DNA of 64,000 bases from an uncultured Chloroflexia bacterium (GTDB lineage Bacteria; Chloroflexota; Limnocylindria; Limnocylindrales; CSP1-4): positions 6,138 to 70,137 of the forward strand of contig CAWCVO010000003.1 of assembly GCA_963798955.1 (NCBI GenBank), in the 5' to 3' direction. Below the pieces are notes generated by a model, which saw only the letters and a list, made by a program, of their open reading frames with translations, ran no database searches and was not told the DNA's origin. Position numbers and translations under genes: made by a program. Below are positions 1 to 7,739 of this stretch, in pieces; within the stretch, counting starts at the first letter, position 1, and each line of letters opens with the position of its first letter.

Positions 1-1278
1 AGCCCTGCACCGGCGAGCCAGACCGCGACGGAAGCGCCTGCAACGGCAAGTGTCACGAACAGCTCCACGCCGGGCCTGCGTGGCACTCATGTCCACGTCC
101 TCGGCCTGTGGAGCGGACCTGAGCTGGCCAGCTTCGAAGCCGTCAAGACTGCCTGGGAGAATGACACCGGCGCGATCGTCGATTGGGAGGGAACTCAGGA
201 CCTGCCCGGCGCCCTGGCCCGCCACGCCCAGGCCGGAGACTCGCCCGACATCGCGATCCTGCCGAACCTGGCGCTCATGGACCAGCTCGCCGACGCCGGA
301 ACGCTGACCCCGCTCGACTCTGTCCTGGACATGACGGCGATAGCCAGGGACTACGCGTCGGCATGGATCGAGCTCGGCAGTCATGGCGGCAAGCTGTACG
401 GCATCTTCTACAAGGTTACGAACAAGTCGGCCGTTTGGTACAGCCCCAAGGCCTTCGCGACGGCCGGCTACGACGTTCCCACGACGTGGACCCAGATGAT
501 GACGCTGGCCGACCGGGTGGTTGCCGACGGGCACAGCCCTTTCTCGATCGTCGCCGCGAGCGGTCCAGCAAGCGGCTGGGCGCTCACCGATTGGGTCTCG
601 GAGATCGTCCTCAACAACTGCGGCCCGGATGTCTACGACCAGTGGATCGCAGCTCAAATTCCCTGGAGCCAGGCGTGCATCAAGCAGTCGTTCGAGATGT
701 TTACCAAGATCGTCTCGACCCCGGGATACGTCCTCGGAGGCAGCCAGCGCGTCGTCGCAACAGGTGACGACGTCGCAGCAGACCCGCTCTACACCACCCC
801 ACCCATGGCCTACATGTGCTACCTGGCATCGTTCGCTGAGGCATTCATCGCGGCGAACCACCCCGATCTCCAGCCGGGTCCCGACTACGACGTCTTCCCC
901 TTTCCGAGCATCGATCCCAGGTACCAGGGATCCGTCACCGTAGGCGCCGATGTCCCGGTGCTGGTGAGCGACACCCCCTCGGCCCGCTCGTTCATGACGT
1001 ACCTCGCGAGCGCCGGGGCGCAGGAAACGTGGATCAAGCTCGGCGGATTCACGTCCGTGAACCGCAGCGTGTCACCGGCCGCCTACTCGGATCCAGTGGC
1101 GCGGACGGTGGCCGAGGAGCTCGCCGATGCCAAGGTCAGTCGGTTCAGCGCCGGCGACATGATGCCCACGTCTGTTCAGCGCGCTTGGTGGGCGGCAATG
1201 CTGGATCTGGTCATGGATCCGAGCCGGCTGAACTCGATCCTGGACACGCTTTCCGCCGCCGCCAAGAGCGCTCGATAG
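1..1278 (+). CDS. ABC transporter substrate-binding protein (extracellular solute-binding family 1, sugar type). The 5' end is truncated by the window edge; the reading frame is open from nt 1.
   Basis: Frame 1 is open from position 1 through the stop at 1276-1278. The translation (…GTHVHVLGLWSGPELASFEAVKTAWENDTGAIVDWEGTQDL… YGIFYKVTNKSAVWYSPKAF…) is typical of sugar-binding SBPs. The track ORF 277..1278 is the internal-Met portion of this frame. Confidence 0.75.
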   Translation, partial: SPAPASQTATEAPATASVTNSSTPGLRGTHVHVLGLWSGPELASFEAVKTAWENDTGAIVDWEGTQDLPGALARHAQAGDSPDIAILPNLALMDQLADAGTLTPLDSVLDMTAIARDYASAWIELGSHGGKLYGIFYKVTNKSAVWYSPKAFATAGYDVPTTWTQMMTLADRVVADGHSPFSIVAASGPASGWALTDWVSEIVLNNCGPDVYDQWIAAQIPWSQACIKQSFEMFTKIVSTPGYVLGGSQRVVATGDDVAADPLYTTPPMAYMCYLASFAEAFIAANHPDLQPGPDYDVFPFPSIDPRYQGSVTVGADVPVLVSDTPSARSFMTYLASAGAQETWIKLGGFTSVNRSVSPAAYSDPVARTVAEELADAKVSRFSAGDMMPTSVQRAWWAAMLDLVMDPSRLNSILDTLSAAAKSAR

Positions 1279-1335
1279 ACAAAATGGTGCGCGGGGAAGT
1301 TACCTAGTTGAGCATGCGGTCCTTGAGGTGAGGCG

Positions 1336-1572
1336 GTGTCGGAAACGAAGGGTGTCGAGGTCAAGCTTCTCGCAACCCTGGACCCGGGTCCAGAACTCGA
1401 AGGAATGGCTGGACGAGAACTGCGCATGCGGATGGTGACGATCGAGCCGGGCGGTGTATACGGGCCGATCCACCACCATAAGGGCGGGCTGGGTATCGTC
1501 TACGTCCTGCAGGGAACGATCACCGACCACCGCGATGGTGAGGCCTTCGTCGATGTCGTCCCGCGCCCGTGA
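1336..1572 (+). CDS. Small cupin-domain protein.
   Basis: 78 aa containing GPIHHHKGG…VYVLQGT, a cupin-type motif. GTG start at 1336 is preceded by GAGGTGAGG. The stop overlaps the next gene's start as GTGA. Confidence 0.55.
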   Translation: MSETKGVEVKLLATLDPGPELEGMAGRELRMRMVTIEPGGVYGPIHHHKGGLGIVYVLQGTITDHRDGEAFVDVVPRP

Positions 1573-2036
1573 GTGCCCGGGATAAGCCGCCCAGGCCCGT
1601 GTCGACTGCCGGCGGGCATTCTTTGGGAGGAAGGCCGTCTGACGAAGGGCCCTTCTATCACGGCACCAAGGCCGACCTGCGCGTGGGCGATCTACTCACA
1701 GCTGGCTTCCGGTCCAACTACCGCCCCGAGGTCGTCATGAACCACATCTACTTCACCGCGCTGCGCGACGGGGCCGGGCTCGCCGCCGAGCTTGCGCCGG
1801 GCGACGCTCCACCGCGCGTCTACCAGGTCGAGCCGACGGGACCCTTCGAGGACGATCCCAACGTGACCGACAAGAAGTTCCCCGGCAACCCCACGCGGTC
1901 CTATCGCAGCCGAGAGCCGCTCAGAGTCGTGGCCGAGGTGAGTGACTGGACGCGGCTGACACCAGAGGCACTGCAGGAGTGGCGCGACCGGCTGGCGGCA
2001 ATCAGGGCGGATGAGCGCGGCGAGATTCTCAACTGA
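1569..2036 (+). CDS. arr: Rifampin ADP-ribosyltransferase (Arr family).
   Basis: 155 aa with the Arr hallmarks GPFYHGTKADLRVGDLLTAGF, YQVEPTGPFEDDPNVTDKKFPGNPTRSYRSREPLRVV and HIYFTA. These align with known Arr-2/Arr-ms motifs. GTG start 1569-1571 overlaps the cupin stop 1570-1572. Confidence 0.85.
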   Translation: MSARDKPPRPVSTAGGHSLGGRPSDEGPFYHGTKADLRVGDLLTAGFRSNYRPEVVMNHIYFTALRDGAGLAAELAPGDAPPRVYQVEPTGPFEDDPNVTDKKFPGNPTRSYRSREPLRVVAEVSDWTRLTPEALQEWRDRLAAIRADERGEILN

Positions 2037-2087
2037 CCGGGCGCTGAGTGCCAGCTCAAGAGGACAGGCGCGGGCGCGGCACGGGTC

Positions 2088-3161
2088 TCAGTCCGGCCCT
2101 GCATGGGCACCTCCGTTCGCCGCCGGCAGCTGCACGGTCACCAGCAGCCCTCCCCCGTCGAGCGGAGCCAGGGTCAGGATCCCGGCGTGGGCCTGGACGA
2201 TGCTCTTGACGATTGCCAGGCCAAGACCCTGGCCGGCATGGTCGCCACGGACCCGTTGCGTTCCGCGTTGGAACGGTTCCGTGAGGGTCGCGACCAGCTG
2301 CGGGTTGAGCTGCTCGCAGGTGCTTGCCACCGTAAGCATCACCCACCTGGGGTGGCTGACGGTGCGGATCTGGACGTTGCCGTGCTCCGGCAGGTTGTGG
2401 ACGATGGCGTTGTGCACCAGGTTGGTGGTCATCTGCAGCAACAGCGCGTAAGAGCCGCTGGTGGGCGCGATGTCGCCTGACGTCTCGATCGCGACGCCGC
2501 TCTTCTCGGCTAGCGGCAGAAGCGTCTCGGTGGCCTCCTCGGCGATTAGTGAAAGGTCCAGCGGCTCGCGGGTGAAGGAGCGTTGATCGGCCCGGCTGAG
2601 CAGGAGCAGGGCCTCGGTCAGGTCGATCGCTCGGTCGTTGACCACGCGCAGGCGCTCGAGGAGCTCGGCACCGTCATGGTTCGGGTCTCTGCTCGCGACG
2701 TCGAGCAGGGTCTGCGTTACCGCCAGCGGCGTACGCAGCTCGTGTGAAGCGTTGGCGGAAAAGCGGCGCTGTTCGGCATCGTGGGCTTCGAGGCGGGCAA
2801 GCATGGCGTCGAAGCTGTCGGCGAGCTCGGTGAACTCGTTGTGCGGGCCCTCCATCTCGATGCGATGGGACAGTGATCCGGACGAGGCCTTACGCGTCGC
2901 GGACGTGATCCGCGACAACGGCGCCAGCATGCGGCCGGCGAGCAGCCAGCCGCCGAGTAGCCCGAGGGCCAGCAGCAGCAGCAGGACCACGATGACGTAC
3001 GGCACCAGGCTGCGCAGAGAGACGTATTGGTCGAGCGGTATCCCCAGCATGCCGCCGAACGTTGGCGTCGAGGCGAACACCCACAGCGCCGCGATCAAGA
3101 GGGCGCCGGCGAGCACGACGATCGACGCGTAGCTGATCGTCAGCTTGAGTCGAACGCTCAT
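2088..3161 (-). CDS. Sensor histidine kinase (TM, HAMP, HisKA, HATPase_c domains).
   Basis: H-box ANASHELRTPLAV and ATP-binding motifs (NLVHNAIVHN, GQGLGLAIVKSIV) are present. N-terminal TM segments flank a short sensor. The start is assigned to MSVRLKLTISY (internal Met of track ORF 2088..3338) because the upstream residues overlap the RR gene out of frame. Confidence 0.8.
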   Translation of the reverse strand: MSVRLKLTISYASIVVLAGALLIAALWVFASTPTFGGMLGIPLDQYVSLRSLVPYVIVVLLLLLALGLLGGWLLAGRMLAPLSRITSATRKASSGSLSHRIEMEGPHNEFTELADSFDAMLARLEAHDAEQRRFSANASHELRTPLAVTQTLLDVASRDPNHDGAELLERLRVVNDRAIDLTEALLLLSRADQRSFTREPLDLSLIAEEATETLLPLAEKSGVAIETSGDIAPTSGSYALLLQMTTNLVHNAIVHNLPEHGNVQIRTVSHPRWVMLTVASTCEQLNPQLVATLTEPFQRGTQRVRGDHAGQGLGLAIVKSIVQAHAGILTLAPLDGGGLLVTVQLPAANGGAHAGPD

Positions 3162-3171
3162 GCCCGGCCGC

Positions 3172-3846
3172 CTATTCACGGTGCGTGCCCGTGTCGATGC
3201 GGTAGCCCACGCCGGGCACGGTGGCGATGATCCACGGTTCGCCGAGCCGTTTGCGGAGGGCGGACACCGTGATGCGCACCGCATTCGTGAACGGGTCCGC
3301 GTTTTCGTCCCACGCCCGCGCCAGCAGCTCCTCGGCACTGACCACCCCGCCCGCGTCCTCCATGAGCACCTCCAGCACCGCGAACTGCTTCCTGGTCAGC
3401 GGTACGTATCGGCCGTTGCGGTAGACCTCACGCCGGAAAGGGTCCAGGCGCAGTCCGGCGATCTCGCGCACGGGCGGCCGACTGTGGGCGCGCCGGCGAT
3501 CGAGCGCTCGGAGCCTGAGCACGAGCTCTCGCAGTGCGAACGGCTTGGTCAGGTAGTCATCCGCTCCCAACTCGAAACCGGACGCCTTGTCGTCGAGCCG
3601 GTCGGCGGCCGTGAGCATGAGGATGGGCATGCCGCTGCCCGAATCCACGATATGCCTGGCGATCTCGTCGCCGGATGGCCCGGGAATGTCGCGGTCGAGC
3701 ACCGCGATGTCGTAGGCATTGGCGCCCAACAGCTCCAGTGCCGTGTCCCCGTCGCCGGCGATGTCGGCTGCGATCGCTTCCAGCCGCAGACCGTCACGGA
3801 TCGCCTCGGCCATATATGGCTCATCCTCGACGATCAGAACACGCAC
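3172..3846 (-). CDS. OmpR/PhoB-family response regulator (REC plus winged-helix trans_reg_C).
   Basis: MRVLIVEDEP…DIAVLDRDIPGPSGDEI… gives a receiver domain, and C-terminal …LTRKQFAVLEVLM…VGYRI is the winged-helix. It sits 10 nt upstream of the kinase. GTG start at 3846. Confidence 0.85.
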   Translation of the reverse strand: MRVLIVEDEPYMAEAIRDGLRLEAIAADIAGDGDTALELLGANAYDIAVLDRDIPGPSGDEIARHIVDSGSGMPILMLTAADRLDDKASGFELGADDYLTKPFALRELVLRLRALDRRRAHSRPPVREIAGLRLDPFRREVYRNGRYVPLTRKQFAVLEVLMEDAGGVVSAEELLARAWDENADPFTNAVRITVSALRKRLGEPWIIATVPGVGYRIDTGTHRE

Positions 3847-4002
3847 GCTTCCATGCTAGGAGCGGGCACGTATTGCCGGCCTATCGAAAATCGGATATGC
3901 GCCGGCAACATGGCGGCGTGTTGACTGGGGGCGTGAGCGAGGCGAGCCGAGCATCCGGGGACCCCGAGATGGCTGGTCTTTGGCGTCGTCCTGGTAGTCA
4001 GC

Positions 4003-4542
4003 GTGGTGGCGGCCCTGGGCATTCTCGTCCATGAGTCGGAGTCGTTGGCGGCGCCATCGTTCAGCGAGATCCTTCGTGGCGGCACACTCACCCGGGCCGA
4101 CGGCGTCCTGCCCGACGGCGTGACCGCCTTCGATGACCAGTACCCCGGCGTGGCGAAGTTGAATCCCGGCTTGCTGGCTGCCCTGCGCCGGGCCACGACA
4201 GCCGCCGCGACGGGTGACGTTCACGTTTACCTGAACAGTGGCTGGCGATCACGGGCATACCAGGATGAGCTGCTCAATGAGGCAGTCGCGCAGTACGGTT
4301 CGCGGACAGAGGCGGCCAGATGGGTGGCCACCGCTGACACGTCCCCACACGTTTCCGGCAACGCGGCCGACGTCGGGCCGGCGCAGGCCGATACATGGCT
4401 GTCCGAACACGGCGCCGCATTCGGGCTGTGCCAGATCTACCGCAACGAGCCGTGGCATTACGAGCTCCGTCCCGCAGCCGTCACCCGCGGTTGCCCGCCC
4501 ATGTATTCCGATCCCACCCAGGACCCGCGGATGCATCAGTGA
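4003..4542 (+). CDS. Peptidase M15 family (VanY-like D-Ala-D-Ala carboxypeptidase), probably N-terminally membrane-anchored.
   Basis: M15/VanY motifs SGWRSRAYQDEL, SPHVSGNAADV and NEPWHYELR are present. The frame is open upstream of the GTG at 4003 and encodes a hydrophobic helix (LVFGVVLVVSVVAALGILV) back to a TGA at 3934, so the true start (possibly non-ATG) may be near 3937-3973. Confidence 0.7.
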   Translation: MVAALGILVHESESLAAPSFSEILRGGTLTRADGVLPDGVTAFDDQYPGVAKLNPGLLAALRRATTAAATGDVHVYLNSGWRSRAYQDELLNEAVAQYGSRTEAARWVATADTSPHVSGNAADVGPAQADTWLSEHGAAFGLCQIYRNEPWHYELRPAAVTRGCPPMYSDPTQDPRMHQ

Positions 4543-4676
4543 TCGCCGGTATGCGCGAGTGAGCGTCAAGCCCGGGATTCTCCGGAGGCGGCTGCCAGAC
4601 GGACCGATCAGCCCGGCTGGAGCCACGACCAGGAGTGGACCAGAATGTCGGGAAGCTGCGTCTCGAGGAGGCAACG

Positions 4677-5291
4677 ATGGGCCGCATCATCGTCATGAAC
4701 CACGTGACCCTGGACGGGGTCATGCAGGGTCCGGCGCGCGTCGGAGAGGATACCCGTGGCGGCTTCGCACATAGCGGCTGGGGCCTCCGATCGACCCAGT
4801 CGGGTGAAGATGTGGCGAAATCGATGGGTGAGCGGATGGCTGCCGGTGGTGGCCTCAAGGGCTGGCTGTTCGGGCGCTGGACCTACATGGATCTTCTCGC
4901 CACCTGGAATGCCCGCGGCGGCCCGTTCAAGGATTCACTCAACAACTCCCCGAAGTACGTTGCCTCGGCCACGCTGGCCGAACCCCTGCCGTGGCCCAAC
5001 TCAACTTTGCTGAAGGGGGAAGCCACCGCGGCCGTTCGCGCGCTGAAGGCGCAGACCGATGGCGTTCTCGGGATCATGGGCAGCGGCGACCTGATCGCAT
5101 CGTTGGTTGCCGCGGACCTGATCGATGAGTTCCTGCTGTTCGTGCACCCGATCGTCCTGGGCGACGGCCGGCGCCTGTTCGACGGAGGCACGGACGTACA
5201 GCTGCAGCTCTTGCACAGTTCGACCGCGTCCGGCGGGGTGGTTGTCGCGAGCTACGAGGTGGTCCGAGACCGGGGCTCGCCATCAAGCTAG
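4677..5291 (+). CDS. Dihydrofolate-reductase-family protein (RibD C-terminal domain type), paralog 1.
   Basis: MGRIIVMNHVTLDGVMQGPA…GEDVAKSM…LGIMGSGDLIASLV…DEFLLFVHPIVLGDGRRLF is the RibD_C signature. Start chosen at the Met preceded by GAGGAGG-like sequence (track ORF begins 4635). Confidence 0.7.
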   Translation: MGRIIVMNHVTLDGVMQGPARVGEDTRGGFAHSGWGLRSTQSGEDVAKSMGERMAAGGGLKGWLFGRWTYMDLLATWNARGGPFKDSLNNSPKYVASATLAEPLPWPNSTLLKGEATAAVRALKAQTDGVLGIMGSGDLIASLVAADLIDEFLLFVHPIVLGDGRRLFDGGTDVQLQLLHSSTASGGVVVASYEVVRDRGSPSS

Positions 5292-5309
5292 AACTCTGTC
5301 AGTTGTCGC

Positions 5310-5609
5310 CTACGGCGTTTCCTGGGAGAACGTTGGTGAACGGGCGGATCGCGCATCCTGGACGGGGAGCACCTCCACGCGGTCGAGGGACGCGTCGTAG
5401 CGGTACAGGATCAGCATCCAACGCCATGGACCGAGGATGAATCGAAACCCCGACCAGCGACCGGATAGTGGAGAACCGACCAACGGGAATTGCCGTAGAG
5501 GATCGAGCGACGCCTGAACGCGGGTCTGTGTCGACTTGGGCAGCGAGTGCGTTTCGATGAGAGAGCGAAGGTCTCGCCTGGCAGTCGCTGTGACGACAAC
5601 CGATGCCAA
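5310..5609 (-). CDS. Type II toxin, RelE/ParE family.
   Basis: 99 aa …RRDLRSLIE…RQFPLVGSPLSGRWSGFRFILGPWRWMLILYRYDASLDRVEVLPVQDARS, including the characteristic (Y)R(I)LYR motif. The start is TTG at 5609 (checked on the minus strand), 3 nt after the upstream ORF's TAG. Confidence 0.75.
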   Translation of the reverse strand: MASVVVTATARRDLRSLIETHSLPKSTQTRVQASLDPLRQFPLVGSPLSGRWSGFRFILGPWRWMLILYRYDASLDRVEVLPVQDARSARSPTFSQETP

Positions 5610-5612
5610 TGG

Positions 5613-5846
5613 CTACAGATCCTCGAGGGGTATGAACCTGCCGGCTTTGATGTCCTCGAGCCCGGCCTGCATGTCCTCCCACGCCCCGGGGATCCGATCC
5701 AGGACGTCGACGATGGTCCGCGGATCGGGATCTGCTTCGTCCAATGCGGTCGAGAGCAGGAGGCTATGGTCCTGACTTGGTGCACCAAGATAGCGGCGCG
5801 CTTGGTCTGTCCAGGGTGATGCGCGCCCTATGCCGGCGGCAATCAC
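5613..5846 (-). CDS. Putative cognate antitoxin. Family uncertain; possibly an addiction-module component.
   Basis: The C-terminal 77 codons of track ORF 5613..6434 end 3 nt before the toxin start (…DPDPRTIVDVLDRIPGAWEDMQAGLEDIKAGRFIPLEDL). An in-frame GTG lies at 5846. The start is uncertain and upstream Shine-Dalgarno signal is weak. Confidence 0.4.
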   Translation of the reverse strand: MIAAGIGRASPWTDQARRYLGAPSQDHSLLLSTALDEADPDPRTIVDVLDRIPGAWEDMQAGLEDIKAGRFIPLEDL

Positions 5847-6227
5847 CGTCGGGGTGAAATCTCGTGAGCGCCATGGGCGTGTCAAGTGCCGTACGTGGTC
5901 GGTTTCGATGCTCGAGGATGGCGCAAGCGGCGGGGCGTGCGACGCGACGCACCATTTGGACGACATAGGTCCGGCATTTCGGCGCGAAGACGGGCCGGGC
6001 TCACGCCCACGGCCCATTTCGCGTCGGCGGGACGCAGTCGGAGCGATCTGGCAAGAAACCGGGGGTGGGGCATGCCAGCGGCGCGAAACGCTGGACGAGA
6101 TACATCCAAATGGCGCAAAGAGGAAAGACGCGGGCGCGGCAATTGCCGTGCGCCTGCGTATGGTTGGTGAGCCCAAAAATTCGCATCCGAGCCAGCCCAC
6201 GCTGGCGATCAACAGGAGGAGCAAGAG

Positions 6228-6635
6228 ATGGACAAGCAGCCGCAGACGGGTCCCGACTGGGCGAAACGCTTCTTCGCCGTCACGCTGTTCGTGGACGACC
6301 TGGACCGGGAGCGTCGCTGGTACGAGGACGTGTTCGCGATGCCGGTTGCCGACGAGAGCCCGGAGAACTGCGTCTTCCGCTTCCCGGGCAACGTCTTCAT
6401 CAACCTCAACGCGCTGTCGGCGGCCGACAAGCATCTGACCCCCAACCCGGTGCCCGCAGCCGGCACGCCGTCGCGAACCATGCTTACCGTCGAGGTCGAC
6501 GACGTCGATGCCGTGGTCGAGCGCCTCGCGCAGAAGGGGTTCAAGGCCATCAACGGCCCGATGGACCGGCCGTGGGGATCGCGTACTGCCACCATCGTCG
6601 ACCCAAGCGGCAACTACTGGGAGCTCTCCAGCTAG
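6228..6635 (+). CDS. VOC-family protein (glyoxalase/bleomycin-resistance fold).
   Basis: 135 aa with FAVTLFVDDLDRERRWYEDVF…TVEVDDVDAVVERLAQKGF…IVDPSGNYWEL. Strong SD (AGGAGGAG) lies before the ATG. Confidence 0.7.
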   Translation: MDKQPQTGPDWAKRFFAVTLFVDDLDRERRWYEDVFAMPVADESPENCVFRFPGNVFINLNALSAADKHLTPNPVPAAGTPSRTMLTVEVDDVDAVVERLAQKGFKAINGPMDRPWGSRTATIVDPSGNYWELSS

Positions 6636-6647
6636 GCGCGCGGGAGT

Positions 6648-7739
6648 TCAGGCTTCGGAGTCGCTTACCCGCAATGTTGCCGGCTGCTGGACGGTGACGG
6701 TATGGCCGGACGGCGTCCACGGCTCGAGGCCGGGTGGCCACGACCAGCTGCGCAGGTTGCGCATGTAGTTCGCGCGCTCGTAGGCGGACGGGTCGGGCAC
6801 TGACGCCGCGCTGGCACTGCCGCGCAGCTGGCGGACCGACTCGTACTCGTGCTCGATCAGCCACGCCTGCATCTCTGCTGCCATGGTCGCCACGTGCGCG
6901 GGACCATGCTCGAGGAGTGCCGACGTCGTCATCGCGACATCCGCCCCCACGGCGATCAGCTTGAGCGCGTCGGTCCCGCTCCAGACGCCGGAAGTGGCCG
7001 CGAGCGAGACATCCGGGCCCAGCTGGGCGCGCAGGATGCCGATCCAGCGCAGCGCCTGGCGCGCATCGGACGGCCGCGACAGGGCGTGGTTGGCGACCAC
7101 GTCGAAGGTGTCCAGGTCCAGATCTGGCTGGTAGAAGCGATTGAAGAGGACAAGGCCGTCGGCTCCGGCGGCCACAACGCGGGCCGCGAAAGACGCCATC
7201 GCCGTGTAGTGCGGGCTGAGCTTGACGGCCAGCGGGACGTCAACGGCCGCCCGGACGGCTGCAACAACGTCGAGGTCAGCCTGTTCGACGTCCGCCGCGG
7301 ATAACCTCGGATCTGCGGCGAGGTGGTACAGGTTCAGCTCGATCGCGTCCGCGCCGGCATCTGCCAGCAGCCGCGCGTAGCGCACCCATCCGCCATCGCT
7401 CGTCGCGTTGAGGCTGGCGATCAGCGGAATGGAGATCAACGCCCGCACCTTGTCGATGTTCGCCAGGTAGCGCTCGCCGGCATCGATCAGATCGGGGATC
7501 GCCGGGAAGTAGTCGAGCGCCTCAGCGTAGTGATTGGTGCCCTGTTCGAGGGCCGCGTTGAGCGCGAGCTCCTCGGCGCGTATCTCCTCCTCGAACAGCG
7601 ATGGCAGGACGATCGCGCCGGCGCCGGAGGCCTCCAGCATGACGGCCGCTTCCGGCCTCGCCGTCAACGGCGAGGCCGATGCAACGAGCGGCGAGCGAAG
7701 CTCCAGCCCCAGATACCGAGTCGTGCTGTCGAGGCTCAT
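6648..7739 (-). CDS. Dihydroorotate-dehydrogenase-like protein (class-1 DHOD fold, PFOR-associated).
   Basis: 363 aa TIM-barrel with …LGLELRSPLVASASPLT…GAGAIVLPSLFEE…LPLAVKLSPH…LVLFNRF…GVWSGTDALKLIAVGADVAMTTSALL. Its start overlaps the PFOR stop as ATGA. This gene pairing is known in several lineages. Confidence 0.8.
   Translation of the reverse strand: MSLDSTTRYLGLELRSPLVASASPLTARPEAAVMLEASGAGAIVLPSLFEEEIRAEELALNAALEQGTNHYAEALDYFPAIPDLIDAGERYLANIDKVRALISIPLIASLNATSDGGWVRYARLLADAGADAIELNLYHLAADPRLSAADVEQADLDVVAAVRAAVDVPLAVKLSPHYTAMASFAARVVAAGADGLVLFNRFYQPDLDLDTFDVVANHALSRPSDARQALRWIGILRAQLGPDVSLAATSGVWSGTDALKLIAVGADVAMTTSALLEHGPAHVATMAAEMQAWLIEHEYESVRQLRGSASAASVPDPSAYERANYMRNLRSWSWPPGLEPWTPSGHTVTVQQPATLRVSDSEA

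Noticed and set aside
183-943. Overlapping plus-strand ORFs 183..767 and 521..943 inside the binding-protein gene.
   Set aside because: These are alternative-frame ORFs with Arg/Pro-rich junk composition typical of high-GC DNA. The in-frame ABC binding protein explains the region.
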